A stretch of 63,790 nt of DNA, the filler included, from Octopus bimaculoides (taxonomy: Eukaryota), in assembly GCF_001194135.2 (NCBI RefSeq). It is 8 parts of 7 records of this genome, joined end to end, with 100 filler letters (N's around TTAATTAATTAA, not from the genome) between each part and the next. Parts side by side here need not be neighbours in the genome. Positions count along the whole stretch, not along the records: positions 1 to 6,107 come from NC_069000.1; positions 6,208 to 19,261 come from NC_068981.1; 6 more parts are not named here. One strand, 5' to 3'. The notes beneath the pieces are model-generated. The model had not been told where the DNA came from. It saw only the letters and a program-made list of their open reading frames with translations, and did not search any database. A program made the position numbers and the translations under genes. Positions 1-12,009 of the stretch are shown here, one piece after another; the stretch's first letter is position 1; each line of letters begins with the position of its first letter.

Positions 1-179
1 TGTGTATGTATATATATATATATACATATACATATATACATATATACATATGCATACATACACACACACACATATAATATATATATGACTGAGTTTGTAT
101 GTGCATGTGTGTGTATGCATTTGTATATATACATCTCTCTGTATATGTATATATATATATATATATGTAATAATATATA

Positions 180-231
<52 letters not shown>

Positions 232-824
232 GGACGTCACCAACAATAAACAACATGAAATATGAAAAGAAATGAGTTAAATACGAAAATAACGAGAGAA
301 AAAAAGGACAAATATTACAAAGAATGACCCTTCATCAGTTGTTGGCTGTCTATCTGCTCCCCATTTCGAGCAATCAACGACAATATGGATCTTTGAATCA
401 GTTACTTCCATAAATACTGAAATAAAATTTTGGATTTATGGCGGATCAAAGTTAGGAACAAAAATAGGACAGTGGAGACATACAAGGAAAACGAGCGAAA
501 ACAAACATGGAGGGTCGTTAGAAAATAGTGAACACTGAGAGAAATAGCCAAATCATTGTTGTTAGTTAATTATGTTCATATAATTTCATTATTTTAACAG
601 TATACCTTCAAGATTTCAACACCTCTTATTTTGGATGATGAGCTTTTAAATTAGATAAATTATTAGTAAATAGAAAGAAAATCACATTTTGCTATGATAT
701 TTTCAGCAGAATCTAATAATGCAATTATTCCATGTCAGTCTGCATCACACTATAAAATTCCAAGAGGCAATATTTATTCCCACTTAGATGTGGATGTTCT
801 ATTAGAACAAACTATACTGCATTA

Positions 825-1056
825 GTTAGCATGAGAGAAACTCTCATGTTGGCTTTTGGTGCAAAATGCATTCTTGTTTATATTGCTAGTGGGGAGATAA
901 ATCAAGCGTTCATCATTGACAAGACCAAGGAAGATCAAAATCACATGATCTGGTGGCCTCAGTACTGGAGGTGGTGTGGATTTATCTCTTCACAGGTGGT
1001 ATAATGAGAGTGCAGTTTGCACCAAAGGACAATATGAGAGTTTTTCTCCTGGTAAC
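825..1056. mobile_element. TA-flanked MITE with about 50-bp TIRs and internal inverted repeats
   Basis: TA|GTTAGCATGAGAGAAACTCTCATGTTGGCTTTTGGTGCAAAATGCA ... TGCAGTTTGCACCAAAGGACAATATGAGAGTTTTTCTCCTGGTAAC|TA; inner GGGAGATAAATC / GATTTATCTC. Confidence 0.7.
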
Positions 1057-1674
1057 TACTCTAGAATAATTTGTTGTAACGGAACATCCACATTCAAGTA
1101 GGGATAGATATTACCTCTCCATATTAATACTGTCTCTGTAGCTAATATACACCATAGGATCCATGATGCACATTTAAGCCATTTAAAAAAAATATCTTGA
1201 TAATTCCAAGTAGCTCCACACCTGACCGTTTTTTCAATTTTACCCTACAAGTAGGCACATAGCTCCGTGATGATGCATAGCTCAGTGAAAGCACATGGCT
1301 CAATGATGGTACATGGTTCAGTGAAGGTATATGTCTCAGTGGTTAGAGTGTTAGACTCACAATCATGAGGCAGTCAGTTCAATTCCTTGACCAGGCTGTG
1401 TGTTGTGTTCTTGAGCAAGACACTTTATTTCACATTGCTCCAGTTCACTCACCTGTAGAAATGAGTTGCGACATCACAGGTGCCAAGCTGTATCGGCCTT
1501 TGCCTCTCCCTAGGATAACATCAATGGTGTGGAGAGGGGAAGCTGGTATACATGGGAGACTGCTGGTCTTCCATAAACAACCTTGCCTGGACTTGTGCCT
1601 TGAAGGGTAACCTTTGTAGGTTCAGTCCTATAGTCATTCATGACCAAAGGGGTTCTTTACTCTCTACCCTTTAA

Positions 1675-1896
1675 TCCTGTTGATACCAACCTGGCTGAAA
1701 GTGCTTCTGGCTTTGTAGTACAAATGTCTTGTTTTCATAAGTTTTGAATTAAAATCTTCCACCAAACCTTAGTCACAATTTATGTTCCTAACACCAGATT
1801 AATGATAACTAAGTTATTTTACTAAATTCTTTGCTATATTTGAAATTAATCGAAAGAAACACAGAGCATCTCAAAATAAATACGGCAACAAAAGGG
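1675..1896. mobile_element. piggyBac-type MITE
   Basis: TTAA at 1671-74 and 1897-1900; termini (T)CCTGTTGATACC / GGCAACAAAAGGG. Confidence 0.65.
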
Positions 1897-1939
1897 TTAA
1901 CCTACAATTAAAACTGATCTGATTTTTGAATTATTTGAT

Positions 1940-2262
1940 CAATGCCAGGGCCGCCCGACTGGCTCCCATGCTGGTGGCATATAAAAAGCACTATCTTAAT
2001 GTAATCGATGCCAGGCCCACCTGACTGGCTCCTGTGCCAGTGGCACATAAAAAGCACCCACTACACTCTCAAAGTGGTTGGCATTAGGAAGGGCATCCAG
2101 CTGTAGAAACATTCGTCAGATCAGATTGGAGCCTGGTGCAGCTGCTGGATTTCCAGACCTCAGTCAAACCATCCAACCCATGACAGCATGGAAAATGGAC
2201 GTTAAGCGATGACGATGATGAGGATGACGATGATGATGATGATGATGATGGTGATAATGATA
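1940..2262 (+). mobile_element. 3' tail of an RTE-like retroposon ending in (GAT)n, with a ~65-bp internal tandem duplication
   Basis: ...GGCATTAGGAAGGGCATCCAGCTGTAGAAAC...CAGCATGGAAAATGGACGTTAAGCGATGACGATGATG; ATGCCAGG...TAAAAAGCAC occurs twice (about 1942 and 2008). Confidence 0.6.
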
Positions 2263-4606
2263 TTATTCTTCTCACAGGAGTTGCCAAATCATGAGCTGAA
2301 TACCCTAAACACTAAGCCACAAGCTTTCATCTTTAGCAACCTAATGGGTTTTTTACTACTTCAGTGTGAAATGTTTCAATAGCTCAAAGATAGGCAGCAC
2401 TAATATTTCTCCATACCCAACTACCATATGAACACTGAGCATTGAAAGTACTCTTATCAAATAACCTCATAATGCAGTGAGTTGGCAGAATCATTAGCAT
2501 GTCAAACGAAATGCTAAGCATTTCATCCTTCTTTGCATTCTGAATTCAAATTCTGCCAAGGTCAACTTTGCCTTTCATACTTTCAGGGTTGATAAAATAA
2601 GTACCACTGGGGTATAATCAAGTAGCCCTCTTCTCACGAAATTTTAGGCCTTGTGCTTTTAGTAGAAAACATCATATAACCCCATGTATTCTATAAATTA
2701 AACTGTTGTATTTTTGATATGATTTCAGGAGCATCTCATGTGGCCATGTTTTTTTCACTACTTACTTCAGATAAGTTTAAAATTTAATTGTAACCAAAAT
2801 ACGAAAAATAACTTTTTTTTCTGTGTTAATAATGGATTCATTAGCTATATTTCATCACCTTATTAATTGATAAAAGAAAAGTTATTAAAATGAAGTAATT
2901 TTGTTCCAGAAAAATCAAATTGTTCATTTTTGTTTTAATCTTTATCTTTTAGTTGTTTCATTCATTGGAGTGTGGCCGTGCTGGAGCACCATCTTGAGAT
3001 GTCTAGTCAAAAAAAAAAAGAAATCAACTCCTGTACTTGTATTTTAAGTCTACTATATATTCTGTCATTCTCTTTTTACTGAACTGCTAGGTTACAGAGA
3101 CATACACAAACCAACACCAACTACAAAGTCGAGTGGGGGACAAACATTAACACAAAGAGACAAACATATGCATACACATATGAACACGCACACACTCACA
3201 GATGCACACACACACACATGCACACACATACATGCACACACACATGGTAAGCTTCCACACAGTTTCCATTTACCAAATTCACTCACAAGGCATTGGTTGA
3301 CCCTAGGTTATTGTAGAGGACGTTTGCCCAAGGTGCTGCAGAGTGAGACTTGAACCCCAAACCACATGGATGCAAAGCAAACTTCTTAACCACTCAGCCA
3401 TGCTTGCAGCAATATTTTCTTATTTTATCATAACTGATAAAGCCATATACAGCTTACTTTTATTACTAATAATATTAAATGAAATATATAGATTGAAATC
3501 AACAGAAAATCCTGATATTTAGTCAATTTCATTTAAAGAAGTAAAACAAATTCAATGCAATGAACAAAAATAAAATGGAACAAACTGGAAAACCCCATGG
3601 AAGACCTTGGAGAATATACATAATTTGATTTTTATTCATTGTAAATTAATCTTGTATTAAGAGGAATGAGATAACTAGCAACTCAATTAGATGATTGGAA
3701 ATTTTATATTGCAGTAATTTTAAAATTAGAATGTCATATATTATGTTATTATAGGCTCTCCTTTTATCTAAAGAGATCAAACTGGTTGATTCTCTTTTTT
3801 TTTCCATTTTAATGAATAATGATTTTTTTTTATGTATACATTTTTTAGCATGTTTATTAATTCAAAACCTGAACTGAGATTTGGGGAAAATATTCTTTGT
3901 TCTACCATTGTAAGGTAATCTATTATCATAACGATTTTCCAATTTTTTAGTTACATTAATTTTTTGATCTATAGGTCAATGTAATCTGGTCAAATGGTAA
4001 TTAGCTTTATTTGGTTTTGGTTATTATTAAGATATTTTGAAATTTCCATATATTTGGTTGCTTTTTTGAAATTTAATTATATTATATAAAAAAAATGGAA
4101 TGTGTATATTTTATGCATTTTCTTCCTTATTCCTTAATTTCAAATTCACACTTCTAATCCCACCAAATATTATGAAGAAAGGATTATTACCCTTGTATTA
4201 ATTGTCCCTCAGGGGCCACCACAAATCCAGTACTACTTCTTGTATTCAACTCTATGTTTTAGTTATGGTTAAATTTGGTATTTTATCAGGATCTGTATCA
4301 GAAATGTTCTTTTAATTTTTTGTTTTTTTGTATGACTGCAATTTTTTTTCTGTCCATAAAAATTGCCAAAATAAATTTCTACAAATAAGGAAGAGGATTC
4401 GGTGATATCTGTGATTACATTATTATGGTGATTGTATGCAAAAAGCATGTTATCAGTTTTTGACTATTTTAATTAAATTATTAGATTATATATTGTTGTA
4501 TTTGGGGATAGTCATGTTGCCAGTTTAGCCAATAAAAACACACGCACTATATATTTGGTGTTAATTTGCTTCAGCTTTATTTCATTTTTTACATTAATAG
4601 TATTTC

Positions 4607-4651
4607 GGCCAGAGTTCTTTCGTCACACTTCTGTGACCTCATCAGTGGTCC
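4607..4651 (-). ncRNA. Candidate minimal type I hammerhead ribozyme in a Penelope-like terminal repeat
   Basis: Minus strand reads GGACCA-CUGAUGA-G-GUCACA(GAAG)UGUGAC-GAAA-GAAC-UC-UGGCC. The core is intact, stem II is 6 bp, stem I is CCA/UGG and the cleavage triplet is CUC. Confidence 0.5.
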
Positions 4652-4924
4652 TTTGCTTTCTTCTTTCTTATTTGTGTGTCTTTCCTTACTAGCAATCAGC
4701 CATTTTGGCTGAAATATGATTAATGTAAAAAATAATAATAATAATAATGATGATGATGATGATGATAATAATGACAATAATCCTTTCTACTATAGCCACA
4801 AGGTTATTATTATTATTATGAGGATGCATGGTCTATCTAGTGGTCAGGTGTTGCACTCATGATCTAGTGATCATGATTTCAGTTCCTAGACCAATTTGTG
4901 TGTTGTGTATCCACATCCAGTTCT

Positions 4925-5307
4925 GTTTAGCATGTCAGATAAAGGTGTCAGTTCCAAGTAGAAAAGAAGTAGAAAAGGAGTTGAGAGAGTGTGTCTCCTT
5001 GGAATATTCTTCTTCTAAAGTAGATGGCTTTGGTTTTTATGAGTTACTTTTTTGTCTGGAGCTGTAGCACTATCTGCCATTTATTCATGGAATGTCTTAT
5101 ATATTTTATAATTATTGGTGCTACCTTGTTCATGGTAGTGTTTCCTGGATCCAGGTGTGGAGAATACTATCAAAAGTCTTTCGGTAATTGATCCAAGTCA
5201 TACTTAGACCCTTCTTTCTGTGACTGTCTTCAGTTAAGGTTTTATTGATCAGTAGCTGATCATTACAGTTGTATGAGCCCTTGCAGCATCCCTTCTGCTC
5301 TTCTGGA
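4925..5307 (-). pseudogene. R4/Dong-like reverse transcriptase fragment
   Basis: Minus-strand PEEQKGCCKGSYNCNDQLLINK...LSMTWINYRKTFDSILHTWI and RRRIFQGDTLSQLLF. Degenerate, with (TAT)n on the right and a SINE head plus (TAT)n on the left. Confidence 0.75.
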
Positions 5308-5596
5308 AATAATATTATTATTATTATTATAATATCATCATCGTTATTATTATTATCATCGGTACGATCATTAGCAAGTCAGATAAAATACTAATCAGCA
5401 TTTCTCCTGGCACTTTATGCTCTGGGTTCAAATTCCGCTGAGGTCAACTTTGCTTTATTATCTTTTCAGGGCTAATAAAAATAGTACCTGTTGAAGACTA
5501 TGATTGATGTAATTGAATTACTTCCTCCCCTAAAATTACTAGCCTTGTGCCAAGATTTGAAATCATCATCATCATCATCATTATTATTATTATTAA

Positions 5597-5806
5597 AGCG
5601 GTGAGTTGACAGAATTGTTAGCAAGCTGGGAAAAATGCTCAGCGGTATTTTTCCCGCTGTTATGTTCTGAGTTCAAATTCTGCTAAGGTTGAGTTTGGTT
5701 TTTATCCTTTCAGGGTTGATAAAATAAGTACTAATTGAACACTGGGGTAGATGTAATCTACTAGTCCCCTCTCCTAAAGTTTCAGGCCTTGTGCCTTTAG
5801 TAGAAA
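5597..5806 (+). mobile_element. tRNA-derived SINE family C (~200 bp, often next to (TAT)n)
   Basis: Head GCGGTGAGTTGACAGAATTGTTAGC...GAGTTCAAATTC and tail CCTTGTGCC. Other copies at about 2473-2670(+), 5365-5555(+), 6322-6515(-), 16253-16447(-), 17171-17352(-), 28883-29095(-), 42948-43127(-), 43159-43374(+), 45743-45922(-), 50760-50950(-), 54996-55045(+) and 58310-58470(+). Confidence 0.85.
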
Positions 5807-5834
5807 AAAAAAAATAATAATTATTATTATTATT

Positions 5835-6107
5835 GTTCAGTAGTTTTATTTTTATAACGTGCTTTCACTTCACTACCAAGCGCAGCTCTGTGCGCCTTGG
5901 GTATGTGCTGTGGTTTGCTGTGGTGCTCTTATGGTTACTGTATTGAAAGTGTTTTGCGTAGGATGTGTGCAGTGCCCAGTAGTGCAATTTTCTGTATGTT
6001 ATATATATTTGTAAGTCCTGGTGTTTTTGTTATGTATTTGTCTGAATATTTTTTTATTATACCTAAGGCACCTACTATGATAGGAATTGTTTCTGTTTTT
6101 AGATTCC
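5835..6107 (-). mobile_element. R4/Dong-clade non-LTR retrotransposon 3' end (RLE domain C-terminus, 3' UTR, (TAA)n tail)
   Basis: Minus frame NLKTETIPIIVGALGIIKKYSDKYITKTPGLTNIYNIQKIALLGTAHILRKTLSIQ* is intact, ends in (TAA)n and runs into a gap. Confidence 0.85.
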
Positions 6108-6207
6108 NNNNNNNNNNNNNNNNNNNNNNNNNNNNNNNNNNNNNNNNNNNNTTAATTAATTAANNNNNNNNNNNNNNNNNNNNNNNNNNNNNNNNNNNNN
6201 NNNNNNN
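6108..6207. other. Artificial scaffolding linker N44-TTAATTAATTAA-N44 (7 in the window)
   Basis: Identical 100-bp spacers at 6108-6207, 19262-19361, 23185-23284, 40288-40387, 44598-44697, 51252-51351 and 62401-62500. TTAATTAATTAA gives stops in all six frames. Confidence 0.95.
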
Positions 6208-7084
6208 TATATATATATATATATGAGGAAAACCTCTGACGGAGTAATCCCTTGTAGCTTTGAGTATTTATCAGTGAAATTAGCTACTGATTTTCAAGGT
6301 TTTCCATAAGCACAATATATTGGTTTCAAATTTTGGTGCAAGGCTAGCAATTTCGGAGGGAGGGTTTAAGCCGATTCCGTCGAACTCAGTGCTCAAATGG
6401 TACGTATTTTATCGAACTCAAAAGGATAAGAGGCAATGTCAACCTCAGTAGAATTTGAACTCAGAACGTAAAGCATTTTGCTCGGCGTAGTAACTATTCT
6501 GCTAGCTCGCTGCCTTAATTGGCCCAATATATTAAAGTTAATTTTTTAAAATCTTTTATTAGATATTGTACCTTTAGTTACATTTCTTAAAGTCTGTCAG
6601 TATCATGCCATCCAAATGTACATACATCTGTATTGTAAATATTTCAAGATGCATACTTCTCTAATATAATTCAAGAAGTTTAACTTCAAAGACCGGTAAG
6701 ATTGAAGGCATTAACTGTTTTCGTCCTCCTAAATTATTTCCTTTCTAGCATTCTTCGTCATAATCGAGATATTCCTTTATTGCATAACATTTCATTCAGG
6801 GCTTTCACATTCCCTGATTAGAGGCATCCGTCAATCGGTAATGAAGTCAACTGAATTCTAGAGAAGGATCCTATTTTCCTTCTGATTAACTTGTTGACTG
6901 TTTTGTGCCTCATTGTTTTAGTCATTTGACTGCGGCCACGATGAAGCTCTGCCTTAACGAATTTTTCGTCGAATGAATCGATCCCAGTACTTTTTTTGAA
7001 GTCTAGTACTTTTCTACCGAACTCTTTTGCGTAAACGCAACAACATCGGTTGTCAAGCGGTGGTGAAAGGAAAACACACACGAA

Positions 7085-7139
<55 letters not shown>

Positions 7140-7555
7140 CATGCTTCTGTCAGTTTCTGTCTACCAAATCGACTCAGAAGGCATTGATCGGCCTGAGGCT
7201 ATAGTAGAAGACACTTATACAAGTGTCACAGTGTGGGACTGAACCCGGAACCATATGGTTGGGAAGGAAACATCTTACCACACAGTCACGCTTACGCAGC
7301 TCCATTTTTTCTTTCAACCTCCAGAGTAACTTGGGAATTATGAAAAGAAAGTCTTATACTATAGGCCAACGATTATCAGTTTTGCAGTAAGAGTTCACTA
7401 GTTTCTTCGACACCCTAGTTACTGATATAGGTTAACTGTAACTCTTATATTATGTCACAGGAAAATATACTTCTTTTCTGACAGAATATTACACGATATC
7501 CTATAATAACACACACCTTCATTTTTCTTTTCTTCAGTTTTCTTTTCATTTTTAC

Positions 7556-7642
7556 CTGGTTATTTTCAAATATATTTGCGCACAGTGTTTGGCATAGCAT
7601 CGACAGGAAACCAACACCATACAACATTTCTCCTTTAGACAT
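7556..7642 (-). CDS. Candidate first coding exon with a signal-peptide-like N-terminus
   Basis: Minus-strand MSKGEMLYGVGFLSMLCQTLCANIFENNQ ending CAG|GTAAAA in unique sequence. No downstream exon was identified. Confidence 0.28.
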
Positions 7643-7966
7643 ATTTTCATTTATTTCTGATTAGTTAATCAAATATTTTCATCGAACACGATTGATATAT
7701 TTGAAAATTTCTTTATTTCTTTGTTTCTTTATTTTATTTCTTTATTTATTTTTTTCGAGCTGGATCAAAATTGATGGCATCACCAAAGAGTTGAAAACAT
7801 CCTACTTTAATTTCGTTTCTTTCCCTTTAATATATTTATTATCATCTTGGAGGGATTGCTGCTATTTGTTTTTTTTTGTTTTTTTTTCTATGATCAAGTG
7901 TCCATTATTATACTGTGCGCGCGCGCGTGTGCTTGTGCATTCATTCACACATGCAAACACACACGA

Positions 7967-8009
<43 letters not shown>

Positions 8010-8345
8010 AGTAACTGCACACACAAGCACATACAGACAAATATAGAGATACACACCGAATATGTGACTACGTTTGTTTGTATGGGAGAGAAAATTTTAA
8101 ACTCTGCAATACAATAAGCACAATGTTCGGCCCTCCTCCTCCACCAGCACCAGCACCAGCACTACNNNNNNNNNNNNNNNNNNNNNNNNNNNNNNNNNNN
8201 NNNNNNNNNNNNNNNNNNNNNNNNNNNNNNNNNNNNNNNNNNNNNNNNNNNNNNNNNNNNNNNNNNNNNNNNNNNNNNNNNNNNNNNNNNNNNNNNNNNN
8301 NNNNNNNNNNNNNNNNNNNNNNNNNNNNNNNNNNNNNNNNNNNNN

Positions 8346-8346
<1 letters not shown>

Positions 8347-8410
<64 letters not shown>

Positions 8411-8411
8411 G

Positions 8412-8497
<86 letters not shown>
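8347..8497. repeat. (ATT)n microsatellite, representative of many TA/CA/GA/TACA/ATT tracts in the window
   Basis: Read directly. Most entries in the ORF track ([16 protein letters not shown], poly-X) are translations of such tracts or of gaps. Confidence 0.95.
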
Positions 8498-9310
8498 GCT
8501 ATTGTTTTCTCGATTGATTAATGGGTATCAAGGTGAGGTTGGTTGAACAATCATACTTGGGAGAATGAAGATAAATTTATTAAAGTAGCCCATTTCAGAA
8601 GATTAGCTGAGGATTCCATTAATATTCTATTTATTATTCCTTATGGCCATCCATTCTTATCAAAATTGGCTAGTACAATCACATACACACACACACATAC
8701 ACACACACATAACATATACAGACACAATACACGGGAGAAGAAACTCATATACAGGCGAAAATTTTTAAAAAATACATGCAAAAACTAACTACCCCAACCA
8801 ACTGTCCCTCCCTCCTCCCACCATCCCTCTATCTATCTATCCCTCCTTCTCTCCCTCTATCCATCCATCTATTCATTCCTCCATCCATCCATCCATCCAT
8901 CTATCAATCCATTCATCCATAACGGATTATCTTTCGATATCTGTCTTTCGCCATTTCTATGCTTCTTGCTTTTACGTATGTTTTTCAAGAATAAGGAGTC
9001 GAGGCATTGTTGCCATAATTGTTGTTGCTTTTGAATTGGCCTTGACCTTGTGGCAAATAAAGACAAGACAAGATAATTTTGCAGATGTTATTGTTTGTTA
9101 CTGACTTCGCAGATGATAGCATTGTTGTTGTTGTTATTAATGCAGCTATTTTAATTAATATGATTTAACGTCACAATATCATTCTATGCAAATTTTACAT
9201 ATGCCTATTAATATCTTTGTTCCGTTGCATATGTGCATCCATCCATATATATATATATACATACATACACGTATACATATAGTGCGTGTATGGGTGTGTG
9301 TGTGTATGTG

Positions 9311-9358
<48 letters not shown>

Positions 9359-9775
9359 TACACACACATTTGTCTGTGCACGTGTGTTTGTCTCTATATA
9401 TTGTTCTTGCTTAATATAAATGTATGTGTATAGAAGTTTAAGCATATTTATGTAGAACATACGTTTATATAAAGTGCGTGTCTGCGTCCGCATCTGTGTA
9501 TGTACATATATATACACATACATACATACATACAGAAATACAGGTATAAATATATAATATACACACATATTATCATTGTATGTATATGTATTGATTTATT
9601 GACGGGTGATGTTGATTAAATTTTATACAATTATTGGCTGGAAATGAATGGTTATTGTTTCTTTGCATGTTGTATGAGTGGTTTTCATATATATACATGT
9701 ATATATATATGTATGTATGCATGTTTGTATATGTGTATGTGTGCGTAATGATGTGCCTGCGCAAGCACGTGTGTG

Positions 9776-9819
<44 letters not shown>

Positions 9820-9960
9820 NNNNNNNNNNNNNNNNNNNNNNNNNNNNNNNNNNNNNNNNNNNNNNNNNNNNNNNNNNNNNNNNNNNNNNNNNNNNNNNNN
9901 NNNNNNNNNNNNNNNNNNNNNNNNNNNNNNNNNNNNNNNNNNNNNNNNNNNNNNNNNNNN

Positions 9961-10027
<67 letters not shown>

Positions 10028-10225
10028 TACACACTCACGCAAACACACACATAATAAAAAAGAATGGGAGAGATAAGAAGTGAAAGAGACAGAAACTGAG
10101 AAAGAGAGACCAATTTCAAGACAGAGACACACATACACACAAACAAGGGACCAGAAACAGTGGCTGTAATTTTGAAGAGGTTCCAGGTTGGCTCGTTTGA
10201 AGGTATTTTCTTGCTCGTCTTTCAG

Positions 10226-10260
10226 GCTTGCGGAGAGAAATGAAGATACATACACACCTG
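10226..10260 (+). other. Candidate 35-nt exon containing an ATG (MKIHTHL|)
   Basis: ttttcttgctcgtctttcAG|gcttgcggagagaaATGaagatacatacacacctg|GTAAGG. Confidence 0.25.
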
Positions 10261-10334
10261 GTAAGGGTCAAGTTTTCCAGGCAACCTTTTCGTCCTGAAC
10301 TATTGTAAGGTAGTTTTTGTGAGCAACTTACTCT

Positions 10335-10574
10335 TTTACACTTTTACTCTTTTACTTGTTTCAGTCATTTGACTGTGGCCATGCTGGAGCACCGCCTTTA
10401 GTCGAGCAAATCGACCCCAGGACTTATTCTTTGTAAGCCTAGTACTTATTCTATCGGTCTGTTTTGCCAAACCGCTAAGTTACGGGGACGTAAACACACC
10501 AGCATCGGTTGTCAAGCGATGTTGGGGGGGGGGACAAACACAGACACACAACCACNNNNNNNNNNNNNNNNNNN

Positions 10575-10621
<47 letters not shown>

Positions 10622-10794
10622 CACATATATACGACGGGCTTCTTTCAGTTTCCGTCTACCAAATCCACTCACAAGCCTTTGGTCAGCCCGAGGCTATAGT
10701 AGAAGACACTTGCCCAAGGTGCCACGCAGTGGGACTGAACCCGGAACCATGTGGTTGGTAAGCAAGCTACTTACCACACAGCCACTCCTGTGCC
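10335..10794 (-). mobile_element. tRNA-derived SINE family A (CORE-like motif, internal CA/TA microsatellite)
   Basis: Head GGCACAGGAGTGGCTGTGTGGTAAG...GGTTCAGTCCC with A/B boxes, ACCTTGGGCAAGTGTCTT, and a GTAAAAGA-type tail. Other copies at about 2945-3407(-), 6897-7297(-), 19745-20490(-), 29527-29915(-), 32770-33130(-), 33716-34797(-), 37331-37730(+), 50967-51251(+) and 57720-57920(+). It resembles the octopus OR-type SINEs; the exact family was not verified. Confidence 0.85.
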
Positions 10795-11206
10795 TATTGT
10801 TGAAATTGAATTATGAACTTCCCTTGAAGAAAGAGAATGGATATGCCCAAGAGCAAGAAAGTACTTGCTTTCCTGTCGTGGCTAGATCTGATGTAAAATA
10901 TATTTAATGCTTGAGGTACTGTAAAAGTTGTGGAGCTGCTGCCAGCTGCCAGATCCCTGTCTCCCAAGTTTCATTGAGGAAGGATATTGTCAAATGGACG
11001 GCCTTGGATAATCTGTGACTGAACGTTCTGTAGGAGACCGAGACAATGATAGTTTGGTAAATAGTGGGGTTTTAAGTAAAGGAAGTTTAGAATGGTCGTT
11101 TATCAAACAGAGATGCGAGTAGAGAATAATATTAATTGAAATAAAAGATTCGGCTTTTCTGCAAACAACTTCGGCATGAGAGAAGTACATTAGTGAGAGA
11201 GTAAGA

Positions 11207-11322
<116 letters not shown>

Positions 11323-11899
11323 TAGAGAGAGAGAGAGAATGAGAAATAGAGAGAGGGGAGTGAGTGAGGGGAATAGGGAGAGAGGATAGAAGTGAGAGAC
11401 ATAGTGATAAGTGACGTAGGATTTAATTGACAGATGGTGATGATTTCAGAGATGGAGCTAATTAAGACTTAATCTACTAGATATATTAGCCAGATGCCCA
11501 CAAATTACACCCTACCTTCTTAAAACAAGAAGGATACATTGGACAATACTAGACAGAGAAAAAGGTTTTGATCAGTGGTCTATTCCAGGAAGGCTTACCT
11601 AGGGCTAAAAACATTGAATTCAGAGAAAGGTGATGAGTCTTCAATGCGGGATAATATACTAATGCCAATAATGGTTAGAGGAACTTGGAGGATAATAGGG
11701 TGACTAAAGAATTTAGAGGATTGAGAACATTTCTGTTGTTGCTTTTAGCGTGAGAGAAATCAGAGGTAGCGGGGTGTTGAACTGATCAACATGAATGTTC
11801 ACAAAGAGGAAGGAGAACTGTCAATCGCATTGATCGATTGTGTGTATTTTGTTTCGTTGCTCACGTTGATCTGATTTAATGGGAGTGGGAGAAAGAGAG

Positions 11900-12009
11900 A
11901 GAGAGAGACAAAGACAGAGACAGAGACAGACAGACAGAAGGAGGGAGCGAAAAGAAAAAAAGCTCCAGTTCATGCATAGCAGTTAAGCTCTGCTCCGATT
12001 CCCGTAAGT
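11900..12009 (+). promoter_or_regulatory. Candidate promoter and non-coding first exon
   Basis: GA-rich upstream DNA, Inr-like CAGTT at about 11966 and 11980, donor CCC|GTAAGT at 12004 and a matching acceptor tttgcAG at 12227 (224-nt intron). Confidence 0.33.

Noticed and set aside
320-360. CUGAUGA on the minus strand in a Penelope-like repeat
   Set aside because: No downstream GAAA or stem III, so no hammerhead can be drawn.
9179-10255. Many long ORFs in the track (THTH, CVCV, YIYI, poly-I, poly-X), here and throughout
   Set aside because: They are translations of dinucleotide or trinucleotide microsatellites and N-runs.
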